The translations under genes and the position numbers were made by a program. Positions 9,294 through 20,312 of a DNA stretch of 37,616 nucleotides are shown here, piece by piece. The notes below the pieces were generated by a model. It searched no databases, was not told the DNA's origin, and was given only the letters and a program-made list of their open reading frames with translations. The first letter of the stretch is position 1, and each line of letters opens with the position of its first letter. The DNA is taken from positions 101,176,879-101,214,494 of the forward strand of contig NC_068987.1 in assembly GCF_001194135.2 (NCBI RefSeq). Direction: 5' to 3'. Source of the stretch: Octopus bimaculoides. Its lineage: Eukaryota.

Positions 9294-9911
9294 GTGTGTA
9301 ATACCTACATATATCGAGGGATAGACAGACAAAAGATATACATGCATGGATGCATACATACATGCATGCTTACATACAAACATACATACTCTGTTGATGT
9401 TGAAATTCCAGTGAAAGAGCTTCAGATCTAGGTTAGAAACCGGCTCTTTCTCTATTGGTAAGAAATCTTGAAATGGAACTGAATAATGACATCCATCCAT
9501 CCATCCATCCATCCATACATACATACATACATACATATATTAACGTATATGTACATTCGCAGACGCACATGTATTACGAAAACGAACTTGAAGTAGCCGT
9601 TTAGCGCGTGTCATTCTCAAAGATTTTTAAACAAAACAGTATAAGGAAAAGCGTTTTCTTTAAACTTTCATTTCATATTTATAAAAATATTCTATGAGTG
9701 AATATTTCAAAAGAAAAGCAGCCTCAGATCAACAGCTGATGATTGGAAACGACTAATTCTGAGTACTGGAAATCGGAGCTTTGAAGCTGTAATGTATTAA
9801 AAAAAAAATTTGCATTTCTAGCGAGTCTTGTAATTTACGTTTCTGGAAAATCAACAGATTTTCACATTCACGCGCGCGCGCGCAGGAGCACATTCAACTC
9901 ACTCATATTTA

Positions 9912-10142
9912 GGCGGCGAGCTGGCAGAAACGTTAGCACACCGGGCGAAATGCTTAGCGGTATTTCGTCTGCCGCTATGTTCTGAGTTCAAATTCCGCCG
10001 AGGTCGACTTTGCCTTTCATCCTTTCGGGGTCGATTAAATAAGTACCAGTTACGCACTGGGGTCGGTATAATCGACTTAATCCGTTTTTCTGTCCTTGTT
10101 TGTCCCCTCTGTGTGTAGCCCCTTGTGGGTAGTAAAGAAATA
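9912..10142 (+). mobile_element. SINE family A, full-length reference copy
   Basis: ggcggcgagctggcagaaacgttagc (A-box), gagttcaaattcc (B-box), gtcgactttgcctttcatcctttcggggtcga; perfect TSD actcatattta at 9901-9911 and 10143-10153. Confidence 0.95.
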
Positions 10143-10660
10143 ACTCATATTTAGTATTGGTTGATGCATTTCAGTGCAGCAACATATAACGCGAAAGCAA
10201 TATTTGGAGCAATAAAAGAAATAATTCAGAGAAATGCATTAAGAAAATCGATTCTGAAGAGAGCTGCAACGAAAATGCTCCATGAAAGTATACTAAACAT
10301 TTCTAAAAATTGTGGTATCGCATTATTTATTGATATGAATTGGTTGGTTAACTAGTACTATAACTAATGCAGGCTTTTGGTTAGCTAGTACTACAAATAT
10401 CTATGACGTTTTAGCTAATTTTCGTTTCTCCTCATATTTTTATCGCTAGAATATGCAATTATGAATAGCTTCACTCTCATTATACATGCCGGCCAGACTG
10501 TTTACGGTACAAACTTGATAGTAGAAACGTCTTTTCGTGTTCCGTTGATATGTGAGTATATTCTGATATACAGCAGTGAACCGGCGAACAAGTAGAACTT
10601 GTGTTATATTTATGAATTGAGTATTTTATATTTTGCAGAGTTGAACACGACACACATATA

Positions 10661-10890
10661 TATCTTTTCGGAGAGACCTTTCACATAGGGTAGGCAGACT
10701 GTGGACAGTTTCTTGTCTTCATCCTCTCTTTTCTTCATAACTGGAATGAATAGTATGTTTTTGGGGTCTAATAGAGAAAAGAGAGGATGAAACAAATAAA
10801 CTGTCCACAGTCTGTTTATCCTATGTGAAATGCCTCTACGAAAAGATACAAAAGATATGCGGTCCATATGACATCAGAACAGTATTTATC
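10661..10890. mobile_element. Penelope-like element ORF fragment duplicated in inverted orientation
   Basis: Minus arm encodes KREDEDKKLSTVCLPYVKGLSEKI; plus arm encodes KREDETNKLSTVCLSYVKCLYEKIQKICGPYDIRTVF. LPYVKGLSEKI is typical of the PLE linker between RT and GIY-YIG. Confidence 0.7.
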
Positions 10891-11679
10891 TATTTATGCA
10901 TCTTTACATATTCGGTGTTATTTGAAAGTTGATATTTCCATCCCTCTCTTATATTTGTTGATAATTTTGTTTACCAATGCGTTGTTTCACTTTAAGAATG
11001 CTTATTTACCCAATCATTATATTTCGACTGTTGTCCATTGTTTCAATACGTTTATGCATTGTCGTTATAGTCTTTTTTAAACAATCACATATGATTAGTC
11101 CCAAAGAATCAACCTTTAAATAAGAGTTGTGCTTCCACTCGCAAAAGCTATACGCATCTTCCAGAAAGCATTATGCTGCATTCGTTGTTAGTTTATGTGC
11201 AGGCTATGTGGGAAAACAAAATAAAGGGGCTTTGTGTTAACGTATCTCTCCGAAAAAAAATAGCTCTCTTTGCTGTTGAATAAAATAAACACGCAGAAGG
11301 GAAGTTTCAACGTCTTCCTTCAATTTCTTTACACTATTTATCTGGCTGTTTCTGTCAAGAAATTTCGCTTTTATGAATAACAAATGTATTTTGTAGCCAT
11401 CCGTAATCTATACCCGAAACACTTCAGTAGCTCTACTTTGCATCGCTTGCAAACTTACATGTTCTATGATCATTCAAGTGCAACGACTACCACAATAATC
11501 AGCGTTCAATTTGATTTTCCGTTCCGAGGTTAATCGGAAACATAGATTGCCGTGCTACTCATAAACCAAGAAGGTTTATGAGTAGCACCACCAGAACAAC
11601 TCAAACCGTCAAAAGGATAGGTGCGCTTGCTAGTTATATATATAATTTATTATTAAAGCTGCAAAAACATCACAAAAAT

Positions 11680-11716
11680 CGGCTACTCAGAGTTTCACGT
11701 TCCGTTCATCGGGCAG
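11680..11716 (-). ncRNA. Minimal type-I hammerhead ribozyme motif (variant core CCGAUGA)
   Basis: CUGC-CCGAUGA-ACG-GAA-CGU-GAAA-CUC-U-GAG-UA-GCCG: stem II 3 bp, stem III 4 bp with 1-nt loop, GUA triplet, stem I 3 of 4 pairs. Confidence 0.6.
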
Positions 11717-11748
11717 TTGTGATCCATTCTGGGTCACACCCGCCCATG

Positions 11749-11749
<1 letters not shown>

Positions 11750-11779
<30 letters not shown>

Positions 11780-11798
11780 TGTATGTATGTATGTATGT
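11750..11798. repeat. (TATG)n microsatellite
   Basis: Direct inspection; a second TATG-type tract lies at about 12508-12590. Confidence 0.96.
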
Positions 11799-13207
11799 GT
11801 AAGATCACTTGCGAAATCTCTCATGAGCGCTATTGGTAACATGGAATGCAGTACAACCTGTTACATGGTCGGATCGTCGGTGATTAAACCAGCAGCCCAT
11901 TAACGCTTGCCTAAGGAGGAGGGTTGCTATAAATCTACTAGAATTAAAACGACCTACCAAAAGGATGCATGAATCCTGTGTAGATTCAATGAATATCTAA
12001 GGATAGCAAGGGCTCTCAGAAATTTAGGGTTAATGTCTGACATAGTGGAAGCTCAGTAGCTGTGAAGCATCCGTCAGCTTTTTTTAAAGATATGGCCATT
12101 CCCGTATAATATCAAATATGCAGTGGACGGCACTGAAACTTTTGGGGATCTTTTGCTTAGGCTCAAGATTATGGCACTCCCACATTCCTGAGCAGGCAAC
12201 CAACTTTGGCACTGGATATCTTGCTCTGGCTTGTTTCTGGATCATATGAGTAGGGTGGACACGGTCCCTGAGGTGTTGTGCAAATCGTTTTTTGTCTGTG
12301 AAGTGTTGTGCAAGCCTAGGTTGCTGACGAAGCAACATTTAGATGCACGTTCAAGCTGGAGGTTCCCGTGGCAAGTGTGAGATTCGCAAGCACAAGCCCG
12401 AGTGCTGCTAACCGCTGGCGCAGCGACCTCATGTGAAGACACTGCTAGCATTTAGCATGGTCAATAGCCTCTGATGGTCTTCCTTGGTCACGAGTAGACA
12501 GCCATCATATATGCATGTACGTACGTATGTATGTAAGCATGTATGTATGTATGCATGCATGCACGTATGTATGTATGTATGTATGTATATAATACATATT
12601 GACACTGTCAATGGTACGCATATTTTTATGAAGCACTGTCAGAATTCCCTTCACAGTATAACATCGTAATTTTGTAGAACTTTTTGTGGGGCTTTAATTA
12701 TTCTATAAATATATTGAATTGTAGATGCCAGAACGAGTGGAAAAATTTAATCTTTAAGAAAGGAACTAGATATAAAAGAAATTAACTGAAATCATATTAA
12801 ATTTTAGGATTAATCTAATGATTGATCGCCGAATACGTGTTTAAACGAAGTATGTATGCTAATGTAATATTCATAGGAGAGCGATTTCGAAACGTGAATT
12901 ACTACTGGATACACATTCGTGAGGTATTTTTCAATTTTTTCTTTTTATTTATATTATAACTGGAATCCACGTTCTTTTGAAATATAAAAGAAAACCTACG
13001 AGTGAAACAAATTTAAGGAAATAATTTAGTATAATCTCATTATAATATAGATTTTGAAAGAATCATTTTCCAGATTATTTTGTGAAATACACTGGCTCTA
13101 GAAATCCATAATTATTTCATTTTCAAGGTTTAGCGAAACCTGATCAGCTTTATATTACAAAATATGTGAAGAAAAATATATCTTCTTTATATGTTAATAA
13201 ATATTAG

Positions 13208-13417
13208 TTTCAAATTTTGGCACAAGGCCTGTAATTTCGGAGGAAGGCTTAGGTAGATTATATCGATCCCAGTGGTCAACTAGTAATTATTTTATCGACC
13301 TCGAAAGGATATAATACAAAGTCGAGCCCTGTGGAATTTGAACTCAGAAAGTAAAGATAGACGAAATGTCACTAGACATTTTGCCCGGCATGCAACGATC
13401 CCGCCAGGTCACCTCCT
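13208..13417 (-). mobile_element. SINE family A, near full length
   Basis: ttggcacaaggcctgtaatttcgg...tcgacctcgaaaggat...aaagtcgag...ggaatttgaactcagaa...cattttgcccggca. Confidence 0.85.
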
Positions 13418-13644
13418 TAGTGTAAAGAAATATTGTTGCATTTGCTGTTTTGTTCATCTCAAATCTGATCGAGCAGACTTATGGTCAAAGGCATTGCAGT
13501 CATTTTTATTTAGTGAGACATTGTCACTATTATTCAATATATTTCCTTATTAGTATGTGTATAATGTGTGTGTATGTATGTACGTATGTATGTATGCATA
13601 TATGTATATATATATATATATATATATNNNNNNNNNNNNNNNAT

Positions 13645-13838
13645 ATCACCATGATAGATCGCTAACCACTACACACATTTTTTGTCTCCTTGTTTCTTTC
13701 TGTGTTCCTTTCTGTAGAAGAGCGTTGGCTCGAAACGTTAAAGACTTTATTCAATTCCCGAGCGTTATACTAATATGTCTGTCTGTTTTCTACACCACCT
13801 GTCTTCGTCTGTTGTATTTCAGTGAATTCTCCCTATAG
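13645..13838 (+). mobile_element. PLE-terminal-repeat-like non-autonomous element with hammerhead-like motif
   Basis: Contains ctgtagaagagcgttggctcgaaacgttaaag; boundaries inferred from the flanking gap and composition change. Confidence 0.5.
13708..13743 (+). ncRNA. Degenerate minimal type-I hammerhead ribozyme motif
   Basis: CUUU-CUGUAGAA-GAGC-GUUG-GCUC-GAAAC-GUU-AAAG: perfect 4-bp stems I and II; core has A6 to U. Confidence 0.5.
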
Positions 13839-13989
13839 ATCCTGGATCCTGAAATAGTTGAGGTTACAGATGACATCATCGTCATTGCCTGATCCAATAT
13901 TTTAATCGTTGAAATCATGTTATCTTCATCAAACAATGTCCTTTACTACATTATTATAACTGCATGTTAATTTTGGGTTTGTACTTAGT

Positions 13990-14600
13990 AAACTTTCCTT
14001 TGTTTACCGTCTAATATAAGTGTGGAATTTTTTGTAAAATCATTGTGGTATCAACTAGCGTTATTCCATATATATATTTGTGGGGTTTAGTATTGTGTTG
14101 GGTTTCAAAGTTCCTTAGTATCAATAAATGGTCAGCTGGTGAGAAAATGCCTCGAAAAGTTTTAATGTCCAATGTAAGAGTTTGATTCAAGTGGATGAGA
14201 ACTTTCATTTTAATTTTATATTGGTTATGCGAAATAAGTTCTGTGGCTTACATATTTGTAGTTTCTAGCTGATGCGGAGATTTTTAATTTTACCGTTTTC
14301 TTGCAACTTGTTTGTGGTTGGGTGTACATGCTGTGTTCTGTTTTATGAGCTCATTTATAACGTATATAGGTATTCCGTAACTAGGACGCATTTTGTTCAT
14401 ATAATGTAACATATATACTTTGTTTACAACATGTTTTATTTAATATACTTGTAGGGATTAATATTTTTGGTATTGTTCTACTGCTGAGTCTAATAATGTA
14501 TTCTAGGTTCATTTGTTACTTGTTGTTTGTTTCATCTTTCTTTTGTTTTTATGAAAAATATCTTTTCTGGGTGAGAATTTAATAGCTTGTCACAGAAGGG
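13990..14600 (-). mobile_element. Possible heavily decayed PLE ORF N-terminal remnant
   Basis: Minus-strand peptides such as IRLSSRTIPKILIPTSILNKTCCKQ weakly recall the PLE N-terminal FN.TC motif; many stops. Confidence 0.25.
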
Positions 14601-15609
14601 ATTTCACTACAAACATTATATATATATATATATNNNNNNNNNNNNNNNNNNNNNNNNNNNNNNNNNNNNNNNNNNNNNNNNNNNNNNNNNNNNNNNNNNN
14701 NNNNNNNNNNNNNNNNNNNNNNNNNNNNNNNNNNNNNNNNNNNNNNNNNNNNNNNNNNNNNNNNNNNNNNNNNNNNNNNNNNNNNNNNNNNNNNNNNNNN
14801 NNNNNNNNNNNNNNNNNNNNNNNNNNNNNNNNNNNNNNNNNNNNNNNNNNNNNNNNNNNNNNNNNNNNNNNNNNNNNNNNNNNNNNNNNNNNNNNNNNNN
14901 NNNNNNNNNNNNNNNNNNNNNNNNNNNNNNNNNNNNNNNNNNNNNNNNNNNNNNNNNNNNNNNNNNNNNNNNNNNNNNNNNNNNNNNNNNNNNNNNNNNN
15001 NNNNNNNNNNNNNNNNNNNNNNNNNNNNNNNNNNNNNNNNNNNNNNNNNNNNNNNNNNNNNNNNNNNNNNNNNNNNNNNNNNNNNNNNNNNNNNNNNNNN
15101 NNNNNNNNNNNNNNNNNNNNNNNNNNNNNNNNNNNNNNNNNNNNNNNNNNNNNNNNNNNNNNNNNNNNNNNNNNNNNNNNNNNNNNNNNNNNNNNNNNNN
15201 NNNNNNNNNNNNNNNNNNNNNNNNNNNNNNNNNNNNNNNNNNNNNNNNNNNNNNNNNNNNNNNNNNNNNNNNNNNNNNNNNNNNNNNNNNNNNNNNNNNN
15301 NNNNNNNNNNNNNNNNNNNNNNNNNNNNNNNNNNNNNNNNNNNNNNNNNNNNNNNNNNNNNNNNNNNNNNNNNNNNNNNNNNNNNNNNNNNNNNNNNNNN
15401 NNNNNNNNNNNNNTATATATGTGTATGTATGTATGTATGAAGACTCACTTCGTCTGTATACAGGAATATCATGGCATTTGTTAAGTAAAAAATTGTTTTA
15501 TATCATTGTTCTTTACTAGTAGGACAAGTATGTAAATGTGAATAATTATTTACGAAGCCGATTAAATTCGAATACAGAGGCATTTTCGTATTTCCGTATA
15601 CATACTCAT

Positions 15610-15615
<6 letters not shown>

Positions 15616-15692
<77 letters not shown>
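15616..15692. repeat. (GA)n microsatellite
   Basis: Direct inspection. Confidence 0.97.
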
Positions 15693-15818
15693 TATGCAGA
15701 AACAGAGAGAGACAGAGGAAATAAGGAGAGGGACGAAAAGAATGAAAGAGATAATAAAAGTGAGAAAGATAAAGCGAACGAAAGCGAATATATATGCACT
15801 CATGTGTGTATATGCATA

Positions 15819-16893
15819 TAGGGCAGAGAAGACGAACGTTTTGGAAAATTTTACAAAATCTTTAATTTTAGCTGCAAACAAATTTTGTGTTCGTATTGAA
15901 TTAGCCGTTGTCAAAATGAAGTGTGGAAAAGAGCATCCATCCTGTGGTATCCCTTTTTGATCGATGTATGTCTGAAGGCGTTCTTGCAAGTTGGCTTACA
16001 CTCTCTCTAGCATTGCTTTGTCAATCTGGGCGACTTCCACGCGAATAACCTCAAATCGGCCAATGTACGGGGGCTTATGCGCATACACACGTGCCTTGAG
16101 GTTTCCCCATAAGAAGTGATCACACATGGATAAATCAGGGGACCGATAGGGCCAAGAAATGTCAGCAAACCTGGAAATGTGGTAGTCACTGAAGAGAGGG
16201 TGAAGAACGTCCATTGATGCTCTGGCTATGTGAACGGTCACCCCATCCTGCTGAAGCCACGCACGTCGAATAGACATACGTTTTCGTCGTAATTCAGGTA
16301 CAAAGAAGTTGTTTATCATTTCGATGTAACACTTGGAGTTCGCAATAACGGCATTTCCATTATTGTCTTCAAAAAAGTAATGACCAGTGACGGATGCTTT
16401 TCCAACAGCACACCAGACCGTCACTTTTGGGCTGTGCAGTTGTCATTCGTACAGTTCTTTCGGATTTTCAAGAACCCAATAACGACAGTTCCGTTGATTC
16501 ATCATCCACTGAGACGAAAATGAGCTTCATCAGTCATTAACAAAATGAGGTTGTCATTTGCCTCAAAAATTACTTCCATCTGACGTGCGAAGTTAAGCCG
16601 TTGTGCATAGTCTCATGGTTTTAACAGTTGCGGGTGGGAACAGCCTGATTTCGGTGAATATTGATGTGGCGTCGAAAATCACGATGAACTGCTGTGACAG
16701 ACTCGTTATTCTTCACATAACTGTCGTAGACAAACACGCGATGCTCTATCGTCCACAGCATCGGGGCTTCACCCGAGAAGAAAAAAAAATCTTAAGACAC
16801 TACGAACCGAATGTTACCTGTCGGCCATTTGCCCCTTCCTCTGGGCTGTGTAATAGTAATTTCAAAAACGTCCGTCCTCTCTGCCCCACCCTG
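15819..16893 (-). mobile_element. Tc1/mariner DNA transposon, DD41D (rosa/Visitor-type), internally deleted
   Basis: Imperfect ~30-bp TIRs (agggcagagaagacgaacgttttggaaaatt versus cagggtggggcagagaggacggacgtttttgaaatt), TA at both flanks, transposase remnants inside. Confidence 0.9.
15996..16761 (-). pseudogene. Disrupted DD41D transposase
   Basis: MLWTIEHRVFVYDSYVKNNESVTAVHRDFRRH..VPTRN / deletion near 16625 / LMTDEAHFRLSG* ...HSPKVTVWCA...WLQQDG...WPYRSPDLSMCDHFLWG; 41 residues counted between the 2nd and 3rd catalytic D; in-frame stops. Confidence 0.88.
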
Positions 16894-18249
16894 TATTTTG
16901 GGTTTTGTTTTATTCGAAGATGCACGAACCGCAATAATGCACTAAACATAAATATAAGATTTTCTTTCAATCTGTCTTACTAAAACATATTCATATCGCA
17001 TGATGGATGCCAATAGACAGCAGAAACTACATAACTGTCAGAAAGAATGACGATCCCAATGTAACATCAACCCTCATCCATCTATTCACTTGTGTGAGCT
17101 CACTCGTAGGAGCAAAATCCTCAGACACGCTTTGTAGAGTCATATCAGAATCCGTCAGTAAATGGTTCCATAATTGTTTTTGTGACTTTAGCTTCTGTGA
17201 GGCTAGTATTTGCTCCCAGATGCATCTCAAGTTTATCTGAGAATGTCATCGTGACCGAATTTAGAAGACCGGTAAATGTATAACCTCTAACTTAAGGGAA
17301 TACATTTCCCTACAGAGAAAACACCAGATGAGTTCCTGACGGCAGGTTTATGTAGAGGGGACTTCTTATTGTTACATTACTGATGGTCTGCTGTAACAGA
17401 GTGTTTGCCGATCGAAAGTTGGATTTTAGTAAAATCCACAAATCATCACATGTTTTAACTTTGAATGAGTTGGTCCTCTTCTACAACTTTTCCCGTTTCA
17501 TCTTATTTCAAGTGCACAAAGGAAGATTGTTTATCTTAGCCATGTTCAGTAAGTCCCCTTTGCGCGAATGGCATCTGTAATTTCCTGGTCATTATCAACC
17601 TATGTTTAATTAAATATCTTTATTATGGACACAACGGTGTAATCTCTTATGCTATTTATTGAAATCGATTTTATCGATAAGGTCATTAAATAAGCCAAGA
17701 ATATCTACACAAATAGTTATACAATTACATAATGAGATGGATTGTTAAGTAATGGCGACAACTCGAAAGACGTTTCTCTTACCATTGAAGATTTATCAGT
17801 ATAGCATCGATTTCACGTTTCAAAGTAATTGCAAGCAATTCGTTAAAATCCTACACCTGTTGGCTTAGCTGGGATGAAACGGAACACCGAAAAATAATTT
17901 CGTGCTGTTTATTAATGATGTGTTTAGCGGAGGAATATAAGGAAGAAAATGGAAACACAATGACAAAATACGATCACATATTATATCAATTCTCTTGAAA
18001 GAATCACAGATAATTACACTTCATTTACTTGCACTGCTATTGCTTAATTTTTCGTTTTCGATTTTTCCGCAATTTTAATTCAGACATCGCTGGCGTCACT
18101 AGAAATATTGGAGCACTACAAATAGAAACAACAGATAAAAATATTACATAACTGAATTAATTAACAAAATTAACTTTTAAAAAAGTGAGAATAGATATTA
18201 GTGAAATAGCCATATTCGTGTTGCTAAATTTTTAATGTAATGGGTTATG

Positions 18250-18375
18250 ATGTATCGATTCTATACCTGCAGTTCAGTGGTACTAATTTTATCGTGATGA
18301 GAAGAATGAATAAATTTTATCATAGTAGTATTTTGAATCCTGAATGTAAAAGGACATAACTATGAATTCTTTGAC
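18250..18375 (-). mobile_element. SINE family A, very degraded
   Basis: tatcgattc...gtggtactaattttatcg...gaatgaa...tttgaatcctgaatgtaaa follows the family A motif order. Confidence 0.4.
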
Positions 18376-18689
18376 ATTTAATTGGTAGATCTCCAGTTGC
18401 CTCTGTTCGACTACTACCATTTCATAACCAGGTTTGAAATAATAAAATATAAAAAAACAAAAAATCAATGCTAATACTTTGTTAGTGGTTATGGTCTCGC
18501 TTCGTTGGAACTGTGATACTCAAGGCTACTTGACCGTCCTACCAAAGAAACTATGGAAATAAAGCACATCCAACTATTATATGCTTGCAGATGGTCAAGC
18601 GTTCATAAGTGAATAAATTCAGATATAAATATATGTATATGTGTTACATGCTCGAATGTGGGTGGATATACAAGTGAATATATGTATGT

Positions 18690-18690
18690 G

Positions 18691-18759
<69 letters not shown>

Positions 18760-18949
18760 ACACATATACATACATTCATACATACATATATATGTGTGTG
18801 TATGTGTGTGTGTATATATTTGTACGTATGTATATAATATATACATATATACATACGTATCTATCAATCTCTATATCTATATTATATGACATTTATGTAT
18901 ACATATATGTGTGTATATATATGGTATATGATATATATGTATACATACG

Positions 18950-19025
<76 letters not shown>
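18690..19025. repeat. Compound (CA)n/(TA)n/(TG)n microsatellite region
   Basis: Direct inspection. Confidence 0.93.
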
Positions 19026-19028
<3 letters not shown>

Positions 19029-19912
19029 ATACCGTCATCATCATCGTTTAACGTCCGTTTTCCATGCTAGGCTAGAAGGGTCGTTATGGCAATAATGTTT
19101 TAACACACAAGCTCGCATAAAAAATCTTGTAAATTAAATACATAAACGGGCATACATACAGCTATCTATCGATCATCTATCTATCCAACTATCTATCTAT
19201 CTAACGATCTCCCTGTCTCCAACTCTCTCATTCTTTCTTTCTCTCCTTCTCTCTTTCTCTGTGTATATATATGCATACATGAATACATACATACATACAT
19301 ATATATATATATTATATATATACACATAGGTGTGTGCATGTAAGTACATCAATGTGGGCATGACCCGATTGTTTGTGTGTGTATGCATGTGTGAATGTGT
19401 GTACGAATACTTGTGTGAATTATACAATTGTTAGATTCATTTTGACCAAAAGATACGCCATATTATCATATGAATTTCCGTACACATTCTCGTAATATAT
19501 TGTGTTACACCTTTTCACTGTGTTATATCCACAATGTAATATCCGATATTCTCTAGCGTCTGTAATATATTAAATATATACAATATAGCACAGGATATCA
19601 GTGATCACGATAATGATATACAACCCGAGATTGTCATACAATTAAGTGTAGTTAGACATACGGAACTAATTTAATATCGTGTAGGTTTGAAATGAGCACA
19701 ATGGCACGACTAGGAAGTTAATAATGTACAAACCCACACACATACACGCACACATACACACACATGCTCACACTCATGCACTAACATATAGAAACACGGT
19801 ATCTAACACTTTTACTAAACAGGTTCATTGATCATTTATTAATAAATAAACATACACATGTATTCGTGTATCAATGTAAATATACATATACATATATGAT
19901 ATATAACGTATA

Positions 19913-20312
<400 letters not shown>

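Noticed and set aside
10161-10355. Plus-strand ORF AATYNAKAIFGAIKEIIQRNALRK as an exon
   Set aside because: Weak acceptor and donor, and no recognisable homology.
11552-11640. Helitron 3' end (hairpin plus CTAG)
   Set aside because: The ctag is about 40 nt from the hairpin, not about 10, and the hairpin is not GC-rich.
17027-17240. Overlapping short ORFs on both strands
   Set aside because: No motif and no consistent splice pair.
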